A stretch of DNA of 64,000 bases, taken from positions 288,001 to 352,000 of the forward strand of contig JBGSZS010000018.1 of the NCBI GenBank assembly GCA_041750285.1, in the 5' to 3' direction. This document shows, in pieces, positions 19,753-27,924 of this stretch. Source of the DNA: Candidatus Fermentibacteraceae bacterium. Its GTDB lineage: Bacteria > Fermentibacterota > Fermentibacteria > Fermentibacterales > JCC-6. Under the pieces are notes generated by a model that was not told where the DNA came from, did not search any database, and worked only from the letters and a program-made list of their open reading frames with translations. Positions within the stretch are counted from its first letter, which is position 1, and the number at the start of each line of letters is the position of its first letter. A program made the position numbers and the translations under genes.

Positions 19753-20471
19753 CACGCCTCCTCCATCCGCAAATCCCCCCAGACGCCAAGGCACCCGCCT
19801 GCACAGACCACCAGGGCCTTGAGCCTTCGTCTGCAGGACTCGAGTGAGATCACCCTCTCCACATCGGTCTCCGACCTGAGAGTATTGGCAAGTGCCGTGG
19901 CTGCGGCATCGGCCATGGCCCCCGAGGGATGAACCGCGGTGACCGAGTCTGCGCTGCCGAAGGAGAAGGAGGGACCCATCCTGCCGCTGGAGGTGCACAC
20001 AGCCATCCCCCTGCTGCAGTCAACGCTGAACGCCAGGTTACCCCTGAAGGGAGAGTCCTCGCCGGGGTACACATAAAAGCGCAGCCTGCCCGGATGGACG
20101 GCCCACACGTCTCCCCCGTTCTCGACGATGACGGTGCGGGAGAACAGCCGGAGCTGTTCCCCCACACCCTGTGCCACTGCGCCGGCAACCGCCGCCATCG
20201 GTCCCGTACCGAAGGCTTCGGCAGCCGCCTCCATCTCCCGGGCAATACCACCTTCAGGTGATGTTACCACGGGAACCATTGTCTCCCCGAAAACCGGGAA
20301 TGCCCTCATGTGGGCCTCGATGTCACGCCTGCACCTGGCAAGGGCCTTCTCGGTGAAGCCTTTCATGGGCTTCGAGGCGTGGATCTCGAGGTCGCTCTCC
20401 CCGAGGACCGTTTTCCAGGCGTACAACTTTCCGCCTGCGGTCCAGCCGCGATAGAATCTTTGGGTGTACAA
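19752..20471 (-). CDS. UPF0280/ApbE-like protein (MA1715-like, linked to sulfide assimilation)
   Basis: ESDL.I, GPMAAVAGAVA, VENGGD, CTSSG..G.SFSFG.AD, ADAAATALAN; TTG start with GGAG upstream. Confidence 0.9.
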   Translation of the reverse strand: MYTQRFYRGWTAGGKLYAWKTVLGESDLEIHASKPMKGFTEKALARCRRDIEAHMRAFPVFGETMVPVVTSPEGGIAREMEAAAEAFGTGPMAAVAGAVAQGVGEQLRLFSRTVIVENGGDVWAVHPGRLRFYVYPGEDSPFRGNLAFSVDCSRGMAVCTSSGRMGPSFSFGSADSVTAVHPSGAMADAAATALANTLRSETDVERVISLESCRRRLKALVVCAGGCLGVWGDLRMEEA

Positions 20472-20549
20472 CTTTTGTCTCCGCTGGTTAAGTCGTTTCC
20501 CTGTCTGCCTGCCACCTGGCCGTGAAGGCCCCCGAAGGAATGACCGCCG

Positions 20550-20648
20550 TCACCCCTTCAGGGGCCCGGGCATTGTCATGTGCACGCAGTGGGAATCCAG
20601 CGCAAAGGCAGGGAAGTGGCCGCAAAGCCCTTTGATCAGAAGCATCAT
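20550..20648 (-). CDS. Putative 32-aa leader peptide MMLLIKGLCGHFPAFALDSHCVHMTMPGPLKG (below the ORF-track length cut-off)
   Basis: GGGAGG SD 5 nt before ATG, right after the riboswitch terminator; stop lies inside an 18-bp hairpin. Confidence 0.45.
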   Translation of the reverse strand: MMLLIKGLCGHFPAFALDSHCVHMTMPGPLKG

Positions 20649-20663
20649 GCACACCTCCCTGAG

Positions 20664-20694
20664 AAAAGAAAAACCGCCCTATGCATCAGGCGGT
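20664..20694 (-). terminator. Riboswitch-controlled intrinsic terminator
   Basis: ACCGCC...GGCGGU-UUUUCUUUU; its 5' arm/loop CCUGAUGCA is complementary to the aptamer 5' end UGCAUCAGG (antiterminator). Confidence 0.85.
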
Positions 20695-20698
20695 GAGT

Positions 20699-20797
20699 TG
20701 CAGGTATTTTTCGTTTTCACGCACATCGGCCTGAGCCTTGCCACCGTGGACCTGCAGTCTCGGTTGGCGACCCCCGAAGAGGTCTCCTGATGCACGC
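20699..20797 (-). ncRNA. SAM riboswitch, SAM-I/IV variant
   Basis: P1 GCGUGCAUC/GAUGUGCGU, J1/2 AGGA, short P2 GACCUC-UUCG-GGGGUC, P3 GCCAACC...GGUGGC, mini-P4 GGC-UCAG-GCC, PK2 UGCAGG/CCUGCA; upstream of homocysteine genes. Confidence 0.85.
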
Positions 20798-20799
20798 CT

Positions 20800-20828
20800 A
20801 TTATTCCCCGTGATCCCGGCAACGTCAA
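20800..20828 (-). promoter_or_regulatory. Sigma70 promoter TTGACG-17-AATAAT driving the SAM riboswitch transcript
   Basis: Near-consensus hexamers ending a few nt before P1. Confidence 0.7.
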
Positions 20829-20941
20829 CACCTCTTGCGCCCCGAAAGCGGATGTGCAATGATACATTCATCTCCGCTGGTTCTTCCGGGTTCCCGGAAG
20901 CGTTTCCGCATTTCACCCAGAATCTCTGAAAGGCTTTGTCC

Positions 20942-21817
20942 ATGCGAATTGCGGAAATCTATGGCGGAGGCGGTCCGGTATTGTCACTCGAGGTCTTTCC
21001 TCCCAGACCGGGCTACCCCATCGATTCGGTTTTCAAGACATTGAACGGCCTGGCGGACCTGTCCCCGGGCTTCATCAGCGTCACGTACAACCCACAGGGC
21101 GACAACGGCAGCCGCACCGAAGAGATCGCCTTCCGTATCAGGAGGGACTACGGGCTGGAATCGCTTGCCCACCTTACCTGCCTGTCCCATGGAAGGACCG
21201 AAATAGGGGATATCCTAGACAGATTGAACGGTGGCGGTGTGGAGAACGTCCTGGCACTAAGGGGCGACCCTCAAAAGAATGCACCAGGAACCGGGACTGA
21301 CTTCAGATATGCGTTCCAGCTCATCCGGGAGGTGAAAAAAAGGGGATGCTTCTCCGTGGGAGCGGCGGCGTACCCCGAGGGACACACGGAATCGCCCAGC
21401 ATCCACGGAGACATCGACAGGGTGAAGCAGAAGGTGGATGCGGGAGCCGATTTCCTCATAACACAGATGTTCTTCGACAACAGGGTATTCTTCGACTTCC
21501 TGCACAGGGCGCGCTGGCGGGGGATAGACGTTCCCGTGATACCGGGCATAATGCCCGTTCTCAACTTCCGGCAGATCAAGCGTATCATATACATGTGCGG
21601 GGTGTCGATCCCCGCCAGGCTTCTGAGGATATTCGAGAGGCACGGCGGTAACAGCGGAGACCTTCAGAAGGCGGGAATGGAGTACGCGGTGGAGCAGATC
21701 GCCAACCTTCTATCCCACGGAGTCCCGGGGGTTCACCTCTACACGATGAACCGGGTTGATGAGACACGAAGGATAGTCGCCGACTGCGGTATCGAGTCGA
21801 TGGAGTCAACCGCATGA
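20942..21817 (+). CDS. metF: 5,10-methylenetetrahydrofolate reductase
   Basis: SLEVFPP, FISVTY, AHLTC, LALRGDP, AYPEGH, ITQMFFD, GVHLYTMN. Confidence 0.96.
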   Translation: MRIAEIYGGGGPVLSLEVFPPRPGYPIDSVFKTLNGLADLSPGFISVTYNPQGDNGSRTEEIAFRIRRDYGLESLAHLTCLSHGRTEIGDILDRLNGGGVENVLALRGDPQKNAPGTGTDFRYAFQLIREVKKRGCFSVGAAAYPEGHTESPSIHGDIDRVKQKVDAGADFLITQMFFDNRVFFDFLHRARWRGIDVPVIPGIMPVLNFRQIKRIIYMCGVSIPARLLRIFERHGGNSGDLQKAGMEYAVEQIANLLSHGVPGVHLYTMNRVDETRRIVADCGIESMESTA

Positions 21818-22386
21818 TGGTGCGGGTCCTTCAGCCGCCGGGCCCTCTTCCGGATGTGGACAGGGTGCTCTGGCGTTCCGGAACCCCTCCTTCCAAAGCG
21901 GGGCGCGACCTCGAAACAAGGGCGCAGGAAGCCGTTTCAGATCTCGCGGGTTTTATGAGGCCGCGCGTCGGGATACTCACGGGCAGACGGCTTCCGGCAT
22001 CAATTGAAGGCTGCTTCGCGCATCACCTGGGCGGGACTGGGGATGTCACAGTGCTGCTGGCAACCCTGGGGCAGGGGGTTGATGATCATATTGACCTTCT
22101 CCTGAGCCGGAAGGAAACGCTCAAGGCACACATGTTCAACTCCGCCGCAAGCGAATCGGTCGAGCTCCTGGCAGCCTGGGCACAAATGCAGGAGGCATTG
22201 GCGCACCCTGGCATGGATCCCACGAAAAGGCTCGCACCGGGGTACAACGGAGTGCCTCTCGAGGTGCAGCCCTTGGTGGTGGGGCTTTTCCCGGGGCTTG
22301 GCGTCACCTGCACCGAGAGCTGCTACCTGGTTCCATCGAAAACATTGACGGGAGTATGGGGATGGGTGCTGCGAAAAGGCTTCTAG
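21814..22386 (+). CDS. Stand-alone methionine synthase activation (SAM-binding) domain protein, divergent
   Basis: LATLG..VD, AASESVE, RLAPGY (cf. RFSPGY), LVPSKTLTGVWG; lies between metF and metH. Confidence 0.75.
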   Translation: MMVRVLQPPGPLPDVDRVLWRSGTPPSKAGRDLETRAQEAVSDLAGFMRPRVGILTGRRLPASIEGCFAHHLGGTGDVTVLLATLGQGVDDHIDLLLSRKETLKAHMFNSAASESVELLAAWAQMQEALAHPGMDPTKRLAPGYNGVPLEVQPLVVGLFPGLGVTCTESCYLVPSKTLTGVWGWVLRKGF

Positions 22387-24692
22387 AATTACTTTCGTGG
22401 AGAGTCGTTTACCTCGACGGAGCAATGGGCACCATGCTCATGAACAAAGGAATGCCCCCGGGCGCGTGTCCCGAAAGATGGGCCGCCGATAACCTGAAAA
22501 CGCTCGCGGACATTCACGAAAGCTATGTCCTGGCGGGAAGCGACGTGGTCCTTTCCTGCACTTTCGGGGGAACACGGTCAAGGCTGGGAGAGGCTCCGGA
22601 AAGGCTGAACTCCGTTCTTGCGGAGTGCCTGCTGGAGGCTCTGGAAGGCAGGGCGATCCCGGCGGCGAGCATTGGACCAACCGGCATCATGATGCATCCT
22701 TTGGGCGGATTGAGATGGGCGGATGCCTACAACGAGTTTCACGCACAGGGAAAAGCGCTTGTCGATGCCGGCATCGAGGTGTTCTTCCTGGAAACGTTCT
22801 CGGACCCGAGGGAGCTTAAGGCCGCTGTACTCGCCGTGAGGGACGCCTGTCCCCACGGTTTCATAAGCGCCCAGATGAGCTTCGGGGAGGACGGTTTCAG
22901 CATGACCGGAACCTCCGCGGAAGCCCTTGCGGCGTTCACGGAACAGCTCCCGGCCGACGCGGTTGGCGCCAACTGCTCGGTGGGTCCCGATTCACTGGTC
23001 TCGGTTGTCAGGGCCATCAGAGCCAACACCTCAAAGCCTGTCTCGATTGAACCGAACGCAGGAATGCCCGACAGCTCGGGGAGGCACGGCATGTCCCCCG
23101 GGGCGTTCGCGTCGCGGTGCGAAGACCTGGTGTGGAGCGGGGCTTCAATGATAGGCGGTTGCTGCGGGACCGGACCCGAACACGTACGCGCGATGCGTGC
23201 GATTGTGGGGGACAGGGAAAGCGGGAAAGCCCCGGACCCTCTTCCCCGCCTTCTGACATCGATGACCGCCGTCGTACCCCTTGGCGGGGAACTTGTGATC
23301 GTTGGTGAAGGAATCAACCCAACGGGCAGGAAAGGGCTGAAGAAAGCGATCCGCGAGGGTGAGACCGGGTTCGTCCTCTCCGCTGCCGCAGCTCAACCCG
23401 CAGCCCGGGTGCTCGACATCAATCTGGGACTGGAGCGGATGATCCCCGATGGGTTCGTTGCCGATCTTTTCGCCGGGCTGTGCACGGGACCGCCGATATC
23501 GGTGGACCTTTCCGATCCCTGGAACATCGAACTCGCCTTCAGGGAACTCGGGGGGGTGGGCATGCTGAACTCGCTGACCTGCGATCCCGATTTCATTGGG
23601 CAAAGGGTCGGAAGTCTGCTTCGCCACGGTGGCTACGCCGTTCTTCTGCCCATGGGGCCCGATGGCATTCCTGAATCACCCGGCGGCCGTGTAGCCATGA
23701 TCGAAAAGGGTATGGCGGTCCTTTCCGAACACGGCTTTCCCGCCTGGAGGGTGATCGCGGACCCGGTCGTGCAGTCCCTGGCTTCGGGAGCCGATCCCGC
23801 ACTGACGCTTGGAACCCTTGCGCTGATGAAGAAAAAACAATGGCTGACCATCGCCGGCGTGTCGAACGTATCCCACGGGCTGCCCGGAAGACGTGCGGTT
23901 AACATGGCCTTCCTTTCCCGCCTGGCGGAGGGTGGGCTGGACCTTGCGATCGCGGACGCCACAAGGCCCGAGACTCTGCTTGCCGCAAGGGGCGGGCAGG
24001 TCCTCGGAGGAAGGGTGCCTGCAGTCGGGGACATCGAACTGACGGAAGATTCCCCCACGCAGGCCGGGTCACTCGAGGAAGCCATCATCCGGGGAGATGT
24101 CAGGGAAACCATCGGACAGGCTGAAAGCCTTCTGGCTGGTGGGGAAAAACCCTCGGTCCTGGTCGAAGGACACCTCCGGAATGCCATGACTAGGCTCGGA
24201 AGGCTTTACGAGCAGAAAAAGGCGTTCCTGCCCCATCTCATAGCCGGAGCAGAAGCCGCCCGGGTGCTTACCGGGATAATCGGTCCACTTCTGAGAACAG
24301 GCCGGGATAGATCCCGCGGCACGGTGGTGCTGGCAACCGTGCAGGGCGACATTCACGACATCGGCAAGAACCTCGTGGCCCTGTTCCTCGAGGGGGCAGG
24401 ATACGATGTCATTGACCTTGGAAGGGACGTTCCGGCAGCGCGTATCGTCGCAGCCGCAAGGGAACCAGGAATCGTCGCCGTTGCTCTGTCAGCCCTGATG
24501 AGCAGTACGGCTTCGCGGATGGAGGAGGTCGTCGGGCTCATGCGTGAATGCGGGCTGATAACCCCGGTCATAATCGGCGGTGCAGTGGTTACCGGCGAGT
24601 TCGCCGCCGGAATGGGGGCCCTGTACGCACGGGAGGCCTTCGGAGTCGTAAGGGTCCTGGAAGATGCGGCGCTGCCGGGGAATAACTCCTGA
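22362..24692 (+). CDS. metH: B12-dependent methionine synthase (Hcy-binding, pterin-binding, cap and B12-binding domains; no activation domain)
   Basis: LDGAMGT, GANCS.GP, PNAG.P, GGCCGT, GE.INPTG, GVSNVSHGLP, GDIHDIGKNLV, SALM. Confidence 0.93.
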   Translation: MGAAKRLLELLSWRVVYLDGAMGTMLMNKGMPPGACPERWAADNLKTLADIHESYVLAGSDVVLSCTFGGTRSRLGEAPERLNSVLAECLLEALEGRAIPAASIGPTGIMMHPLGGLRWADAYNEFHAQGKALVDAGIEVFFLETFSDPRELKAAVLAVRDACPHGFISAQMSFGEDGFSMTGTSAEALAAFTEQLPADAVGANCSVGPDSLVSVVRAIRANTSKPVSIEPNAGMPDSSGRHGMSPGAFASRCEDLVWSGASMIGGCCGTGPEHVRAMRAIVGDRESGKAPDPLPRLLTSMTAVVPLGGELVIVGEGINPTGRKGLKKAIREGETGFVLSAAAAQPAARVLDINLGLERMIPDGFVADLFAGLCTGPPISVDLSDPWNIELAFRELGGVGMLNSLTCDPDFIGQRVGSLLRHGGYAVLLPMGPDGIPESPGGRVAMIEKGMAVLSEHGFPAWRVIADPVVQSLASGADPALTLGTLALMKKKQWLTIAGVSNVSHGLPGRRAVNMAFLSRLAEGGLDLAIADATRPETLLAARGGQVLGGRVPAVGDIELTEDSPTQAGSLEEAIIRGDVRETIGQAESLLAGGEKPSVLVEGHLRNAMTRLGRLYEQKKAFLPHLIAGAEAARVLTGIIGPLLRTGRDRSRGTVVLATVQGDIHDIGKNLVALFLEGAGYDVIDLGRDVPAARIVAAAREPGIVAVALSALMSSTASRMEEVVGLMRECGLITPVIIGGAVVTGEFAAGMGALYAREAFGVVRVLEDAALPGNNS

Positions 24693-24745
24693 CACAGTGG
24701 TGTTTCACCTGAGTGGTGTTGATCGCAACTGGAGACGGAGGTCTC

Positions 24746-25159
24746 ATGAAGGCAATGTTGTTCCTGATCGCGGCATCCTCACTCCGGGCCGGCACGCCGC
24801 TGTCCATACCCGAGATAATCGCCCTTGAGGGTGAGTTCGCCTTCACCGACGGATCATCGGTCTACACATTCTCGGAAGACGGAACTTTCCTGATGGAGCC
24901 CCTCTCCCTGAGCGGCAGGGCGATCGAAGGACGATGGACCTTCGAGAGCCAGGGGCTTTTCCTGATCACGGGGGTGTGGACGTGGTACAATGGCATCTCG
25001 GTTCCCGATGACTTCAGAAGGATGACCATGGCAGTCACCCTGATACCCGGTGAGCCCGCCACCGTGCAGACGATATGGAGTGGTTCCTCCGCAAGGCTCT
25101 ACCAGGTGTACTTCACGATCGATGAAGTCGCAGGGATCGATTCCCTGCCCGCACGGTGA
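24746..25159 (+). CDS. Hypothetical exported protein
   Basis: GGAGG SD, signal-peptide-like N-terminus, beta-rich. Confidence 0.65.
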   Translation: MKAMLFLIAASSLRAGTPLSIPEIIALEGEFAFTDGSSVYTFSEDGTFLMEPLSLSGRAIEGRWTFESQGLFLITGVWTWYNGISVPDDFRRMTMAVTLIPGEPATVQTIWSGSSARLYQVYFTIDEVAGIDSLPAR

Positions 25160-25172
25160 GTGGAAGCCGGCC

Positions 25173-25508
25173 TCACGGAAGCGTGTCGTCCGGCTCCCAG
25201 AGACACTGTGCCAGGTCGACTTTGCCCCGGATGGTGAAAGGCGTTCCCTCGCTTCGAAGCATCGATTCCTGCAGAAGGTGCTCATCGGCATCCTCGAACG
25301 AACTCCTCGTCGGGATGCGGCCGTCCGCCCCCACCACGCGGTGCCACGGTATCGACACTCCCGGCGGCGTGCTTCGCAGTGCATAGACCACCATGCGGGC
25401 GGCTCCGGGCCGCCCGAGGAACCGCGCTATCCCTCCGTAGGTCATGACCCTGCCCCGGGGTATCGAAAGCACAACCGAATGGACGAGCCTGAAGAAGTCC
25501 CCCGGCAT
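25173..25508 (-). CDS. Alkyltransferase-like protein (ATL/YbaZ, MGMT family)
   Basis: IPRGRVMTYG.IA, ARMV, PWHRVV (Trp replaces the catalytic Cys), Q...L..EG. Confidence 0.9.
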   Translation of the reverse strand: MPGDFFRLVHSVVLSIPRGRVMTYGGIARFLGRPGAARMVVYALRSTPPGVSIPWHRVVGADGRIPTRSSFEDADEHLLQESMLRSEGTPFTIRGKVDLAQCLWEPDDTLP

Positions 25509-25852
25509 CACAGGTTCCTCAGAACCCAGAACGCGGTGATCACAAGAGCGAACCCCGCCCCCCAGAGGGGCGACCGGCGCAGGTGCCCCTTCAGAAGGAT
25601 GGCGAAAGGAGCCAGGATCGCCAGGGTTGTCGACAAAGGATTGTGGCGGAATGCGTCGGACACCCTCAGGTTCAGGAGGTCGTGCATGGCCCTGAGGCTT
25701 CCGCATCCCGGGCAGAGAAGCCCCGTGACGGCGTGGAAGGGACAGAACAGAGGCACATTCCAGCCCCCGGGGTCGTGCCCGGCCAGGAACACCGCACCGG
25801 CTGCAACAATGATCCCTCCCGCGGCTAGAAGAGCTTTCTCAGGCTTCCGCAC
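25508..25852 (-). CDS. DUF2752 family membrane protein
   Basis: CPFHAVTGLLCPGCGSLRA...L....A...NPL. Confidence 0.88.
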   Translation of the reverse strand: MRKPEKALLAAGGIIVAAGAVFLAGHDPGGWNVPLFCPFHAVTGLLCPGCGSLRAMHDLLNLRVSDAFRHNPLSTTLAILAPFAILLKGHLRRSPLWGAGFALVITAFWVLRNL

Positions 25853-26259
25853 ATGAGCCCGTATGACAGGTATGTCAGCATGGTGATGACGAATCCCCAG
25901 ATGAGAAGGGCTTTGGTCCGTTCCGAAGCTGCCCTTGCCTTCCCATACTCGCCCGACTTCAGCAGCGCGTCGACCTGGGTCGCGCTTATCACGGCGGCTA
26001 TGCCGAAGGGCAGACAGCAGAAAGCCGTCATCAGAACCGACAGCACGATGTGGCTGGGTACCTTCGGGGGAGCTTCCCGGTGGACGGGAGCAGCTTTGGG
26101 ACGGCAATACGTGCAGGTCCCGTCCGGATTGAGAGGCGCCCCGCAATCCCGGCACTTGCCGCCATTTACCCTCTGAATGGCCGGTCTGCCGCACTTCGGG
26201 CAGACGCTGGCACTCGTGGAAACCATGTTCCCGCAATCGGGGCAGGTGACGAGCGGCAA
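25825..26259 (-). CDS. Double zinc-ribbon + CD225/dispanin family membrane protein
   Basis: CPDC..CPKC, CRDC..CTYC; FCCLPFGIAAVI.A..V......G....A..AS. Confidence 0.88.
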   Translation of the reverse strand: MPLVTCPDCGNMVSTSASVCPKCGRPAIQRVNGGKCRDCGAPLNPDGTCTYCRPKAAPVHREAPPKVPSHIVLSVLMTAFCCLPFGIAAVISATQVDALLKSGEYGKARAASERTKALLIWGFVITMLTYLSYGLMCGSLRKLF

Positions 26260-26347
26260 TCAAACCCTCCTGTCTGCGTTCGTGGGATTATCTGGAATGG
26301 ACGGCACGGCAGCAAGCCAGGGACCAGGGGCCCGCCCCGGTTATCGG

Positions 26348-26377
26348 AAAACCCCCCGGGCAGATTGCCCGGGGGGT
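26348..26377 (-). terminator. Intrinsic terminator
   Basis: accccccgggca-gat-tgcccggggggt 12-bp stem, T-run on the minus strand. Confidence 0.75.
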
Positions 26378-26399
26378 GAAAAGACAGGGAACGCAGGCG

Positions 26400-27254
26400 C
26401 TAGAAGGATGCCTTGATACCCGCCCAGGTGTCCCGGGTGAGCGCCACATCGAAGTCGACCTCGAACTCGGTGATTGAGAATACGCTGCCGGTCTTCGAGA
26501 CCCAGAAGAACGTGTCGCGGTCGGCGCTGTAGCAGACATCGTACGAGGAGGTCACCGAAGCGGGCTCGGGGGCGCTGCCGATGTAGCTTAGGCCGGCTCC
26601 GTCATACTCGTAGAAGTAGAAGTTGCCGTAGGTGTAACCGCCCACGAGAATGCCCACGTTGCCTTCGTAGGGGAACACCGCGCAGGCGCAGGAATAGGAT
26701 GCCGGGAGCTCGGGGAGGCTCCAGGAGCTTACGCCTCCGCCCGACGTGTTGAAGCGGTAAAGGTATCTCGAGGTGGCTTCGGAACACCAGATCATCCCGT
26801 CATCGTCCATGTCCATCCCGCGGGGCTCGCCGGACACGGGGTTGGTGAAGGTGCTCCAGGTCTGGGAATTCACGTCGAACTTGTAGATGGGGGTGACCGC
26901 ATTCCAGTTGTTAACGTAGATGAAGTTGCCACCGGGAGTCTGCTGGTAGACTATCCCCAGAATGTCGGGCAGACCCGTCGGGCTTGGCAGGGTGCTCGCG
27001 ATGCTTCCGTTGTCGGGGTCGAGGTTGTAGATGAGGTCGGATGTGTAGTCGGTTACGAGAAGCGCGTCAAAGGTGTCTGCGAAATCGCATCCCCTTGGGT
27101 TGCCGCCCAGAGTGACCGTGTAGGTGTTCACCTGTGTGATGGTGATGTCGGCCCTGCCTGGATAAGGGTCTCCCGGAGCAACTGACGGACCGGCGTCGGG
27201 GTCGGCGGCGTAAAGGAATCCGAAGCAGAGAAGCAGAAGGCACATTGTTCTCAT
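26400..27254 (-). CDS. Secreted beta-propeller-like protein ending in the motif ALTRDTWAGIKASF
   Basis: GGAGGG SD, signal peptide, PRG.D blade repeats, own terminator. Confidence 0.8.
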   Translation of the reverse strand: MRTMCLLLLCFGFLYAADPDAGPSVAPGDPYPGRADITITQVNTYTVTLGGNPRGCDFADTFDALLVTDYTSDLIYNLDPDNGSIASTLPSPTGLPDILGIVYQQTPGGNFIYVNNWNAVTPIYKFDVNSQTWSTFTNPVSGEPRGMDMDDDGMIWCSEATSRYLYRFNTSGGGVSSWSLPELPASYSCACAVFPYEGNVGILVGGYTYGNFYFYEYDGAGLSYIGSAPEPASVTSSYDVCYSADRDTFFWVSKTGSVFSITEFEVDFDVALTRDTWAGIKASF

Positions 27255-27444
27255 GTTTCCCCTCCACGTTTCTTCAAGGCTCTCCTGTTCTGGATGCCTT
27301 CCTGATGGAAGCATCGTCGATAATTGTCCGGATATGCCGTCATGTCAATGGAGAGATGCCGACTCGAGCCAACACGATAAAGAAGAAGACGCAAAAAGGG
27401 GCGGGAGCCTTGAGACTCCCGCCCGAGGGTATTTTTCCGTTCCT

Positions 27445-27738
27445 CTACTTCGGAATGGTCAGGCTGTTCTGGACGTCGACGTTTTCAAGCATGCCTTTGA
27501 CGGCTTCCAGCACCCCGCCGATGACCGTCACTCCAAGGACGGCGCCGACAATGGAAACCAGCAGGCCTATGGCCACGAATATCAGCATGGCCCGGCTCCA
27601 GTTCTGGAGGTTCATGTTCGTGCTGTTGCTCAGGGCGAACACAAGAAGAAGGATGATGTTCAGAAGGGGTACGAACATCGCAAGCTGCACCAGGAAGAAC
27701 CCCCCGGTGGAAAACGGCTTTGAACGGTCTTCGGTCAT
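27445..27738 (-). CDS. Small membrane protein
   Basis: GGAGG SD; VPLLNIILLLVFA...N.NLQNWSRA.LI; hairpin downstream. Confidence 0.75.
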   Translation of the reverse strand: MTEDRSKPFSTGGFFLVQLAMFVPLLNIILLLVFALSNSTNMNLQNWSRAMLIFVAIGLLVSIVGAVLGVTVIGGVLEAVKGMLENVDVQNSLTIPK

Positions 27739-27924
27739 GGATTGCCTCCAGCTGTTAGTTTTACGGGTCCGCAGCGGTTGGACAATAGGGAGAAAAGGTG
27801 CTGCCTGCAATCCCGCCGGGTCTTCTGCCCGTGTCCCGTGAGACAGCCCGGTATGGCAGTCCCGCCGGCAACCACTCACGTCGCTGGGTTCCCGGCCGGA
27901 AGCACGGCGTGCTTTCCGCAGCGA

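Noticed and set aside
20472..20552. Selenocysteine or UGA read-through fusing the leader ORF to UPF0280
   Set aside because: Being in frame has a 1-in-3 chance. The UGA lies inside the stem rather than 5' of a SECIS-like hairpin, and UPF0280 has its own SD and a typical N-terminus.
20864..20941. SAH/SAM riboswitch upstream of metF
   Set aside because: Only one small hairpin (cttccggg/cccggaag); no aptamer consensus recognised.
25173..25508. Active O6-methylguanine methyltransferase (ogt)
   Set aside because: PWHRV instead of PCHRV marks a non-catalytic ATL.
27739..27924. ncRNA in the 186-nt intergenic gap
   Set aside because: Only one modest hairpin (cggaagcac/gtgctttccg), probably a terminator; no tRNA or known RNA motif.
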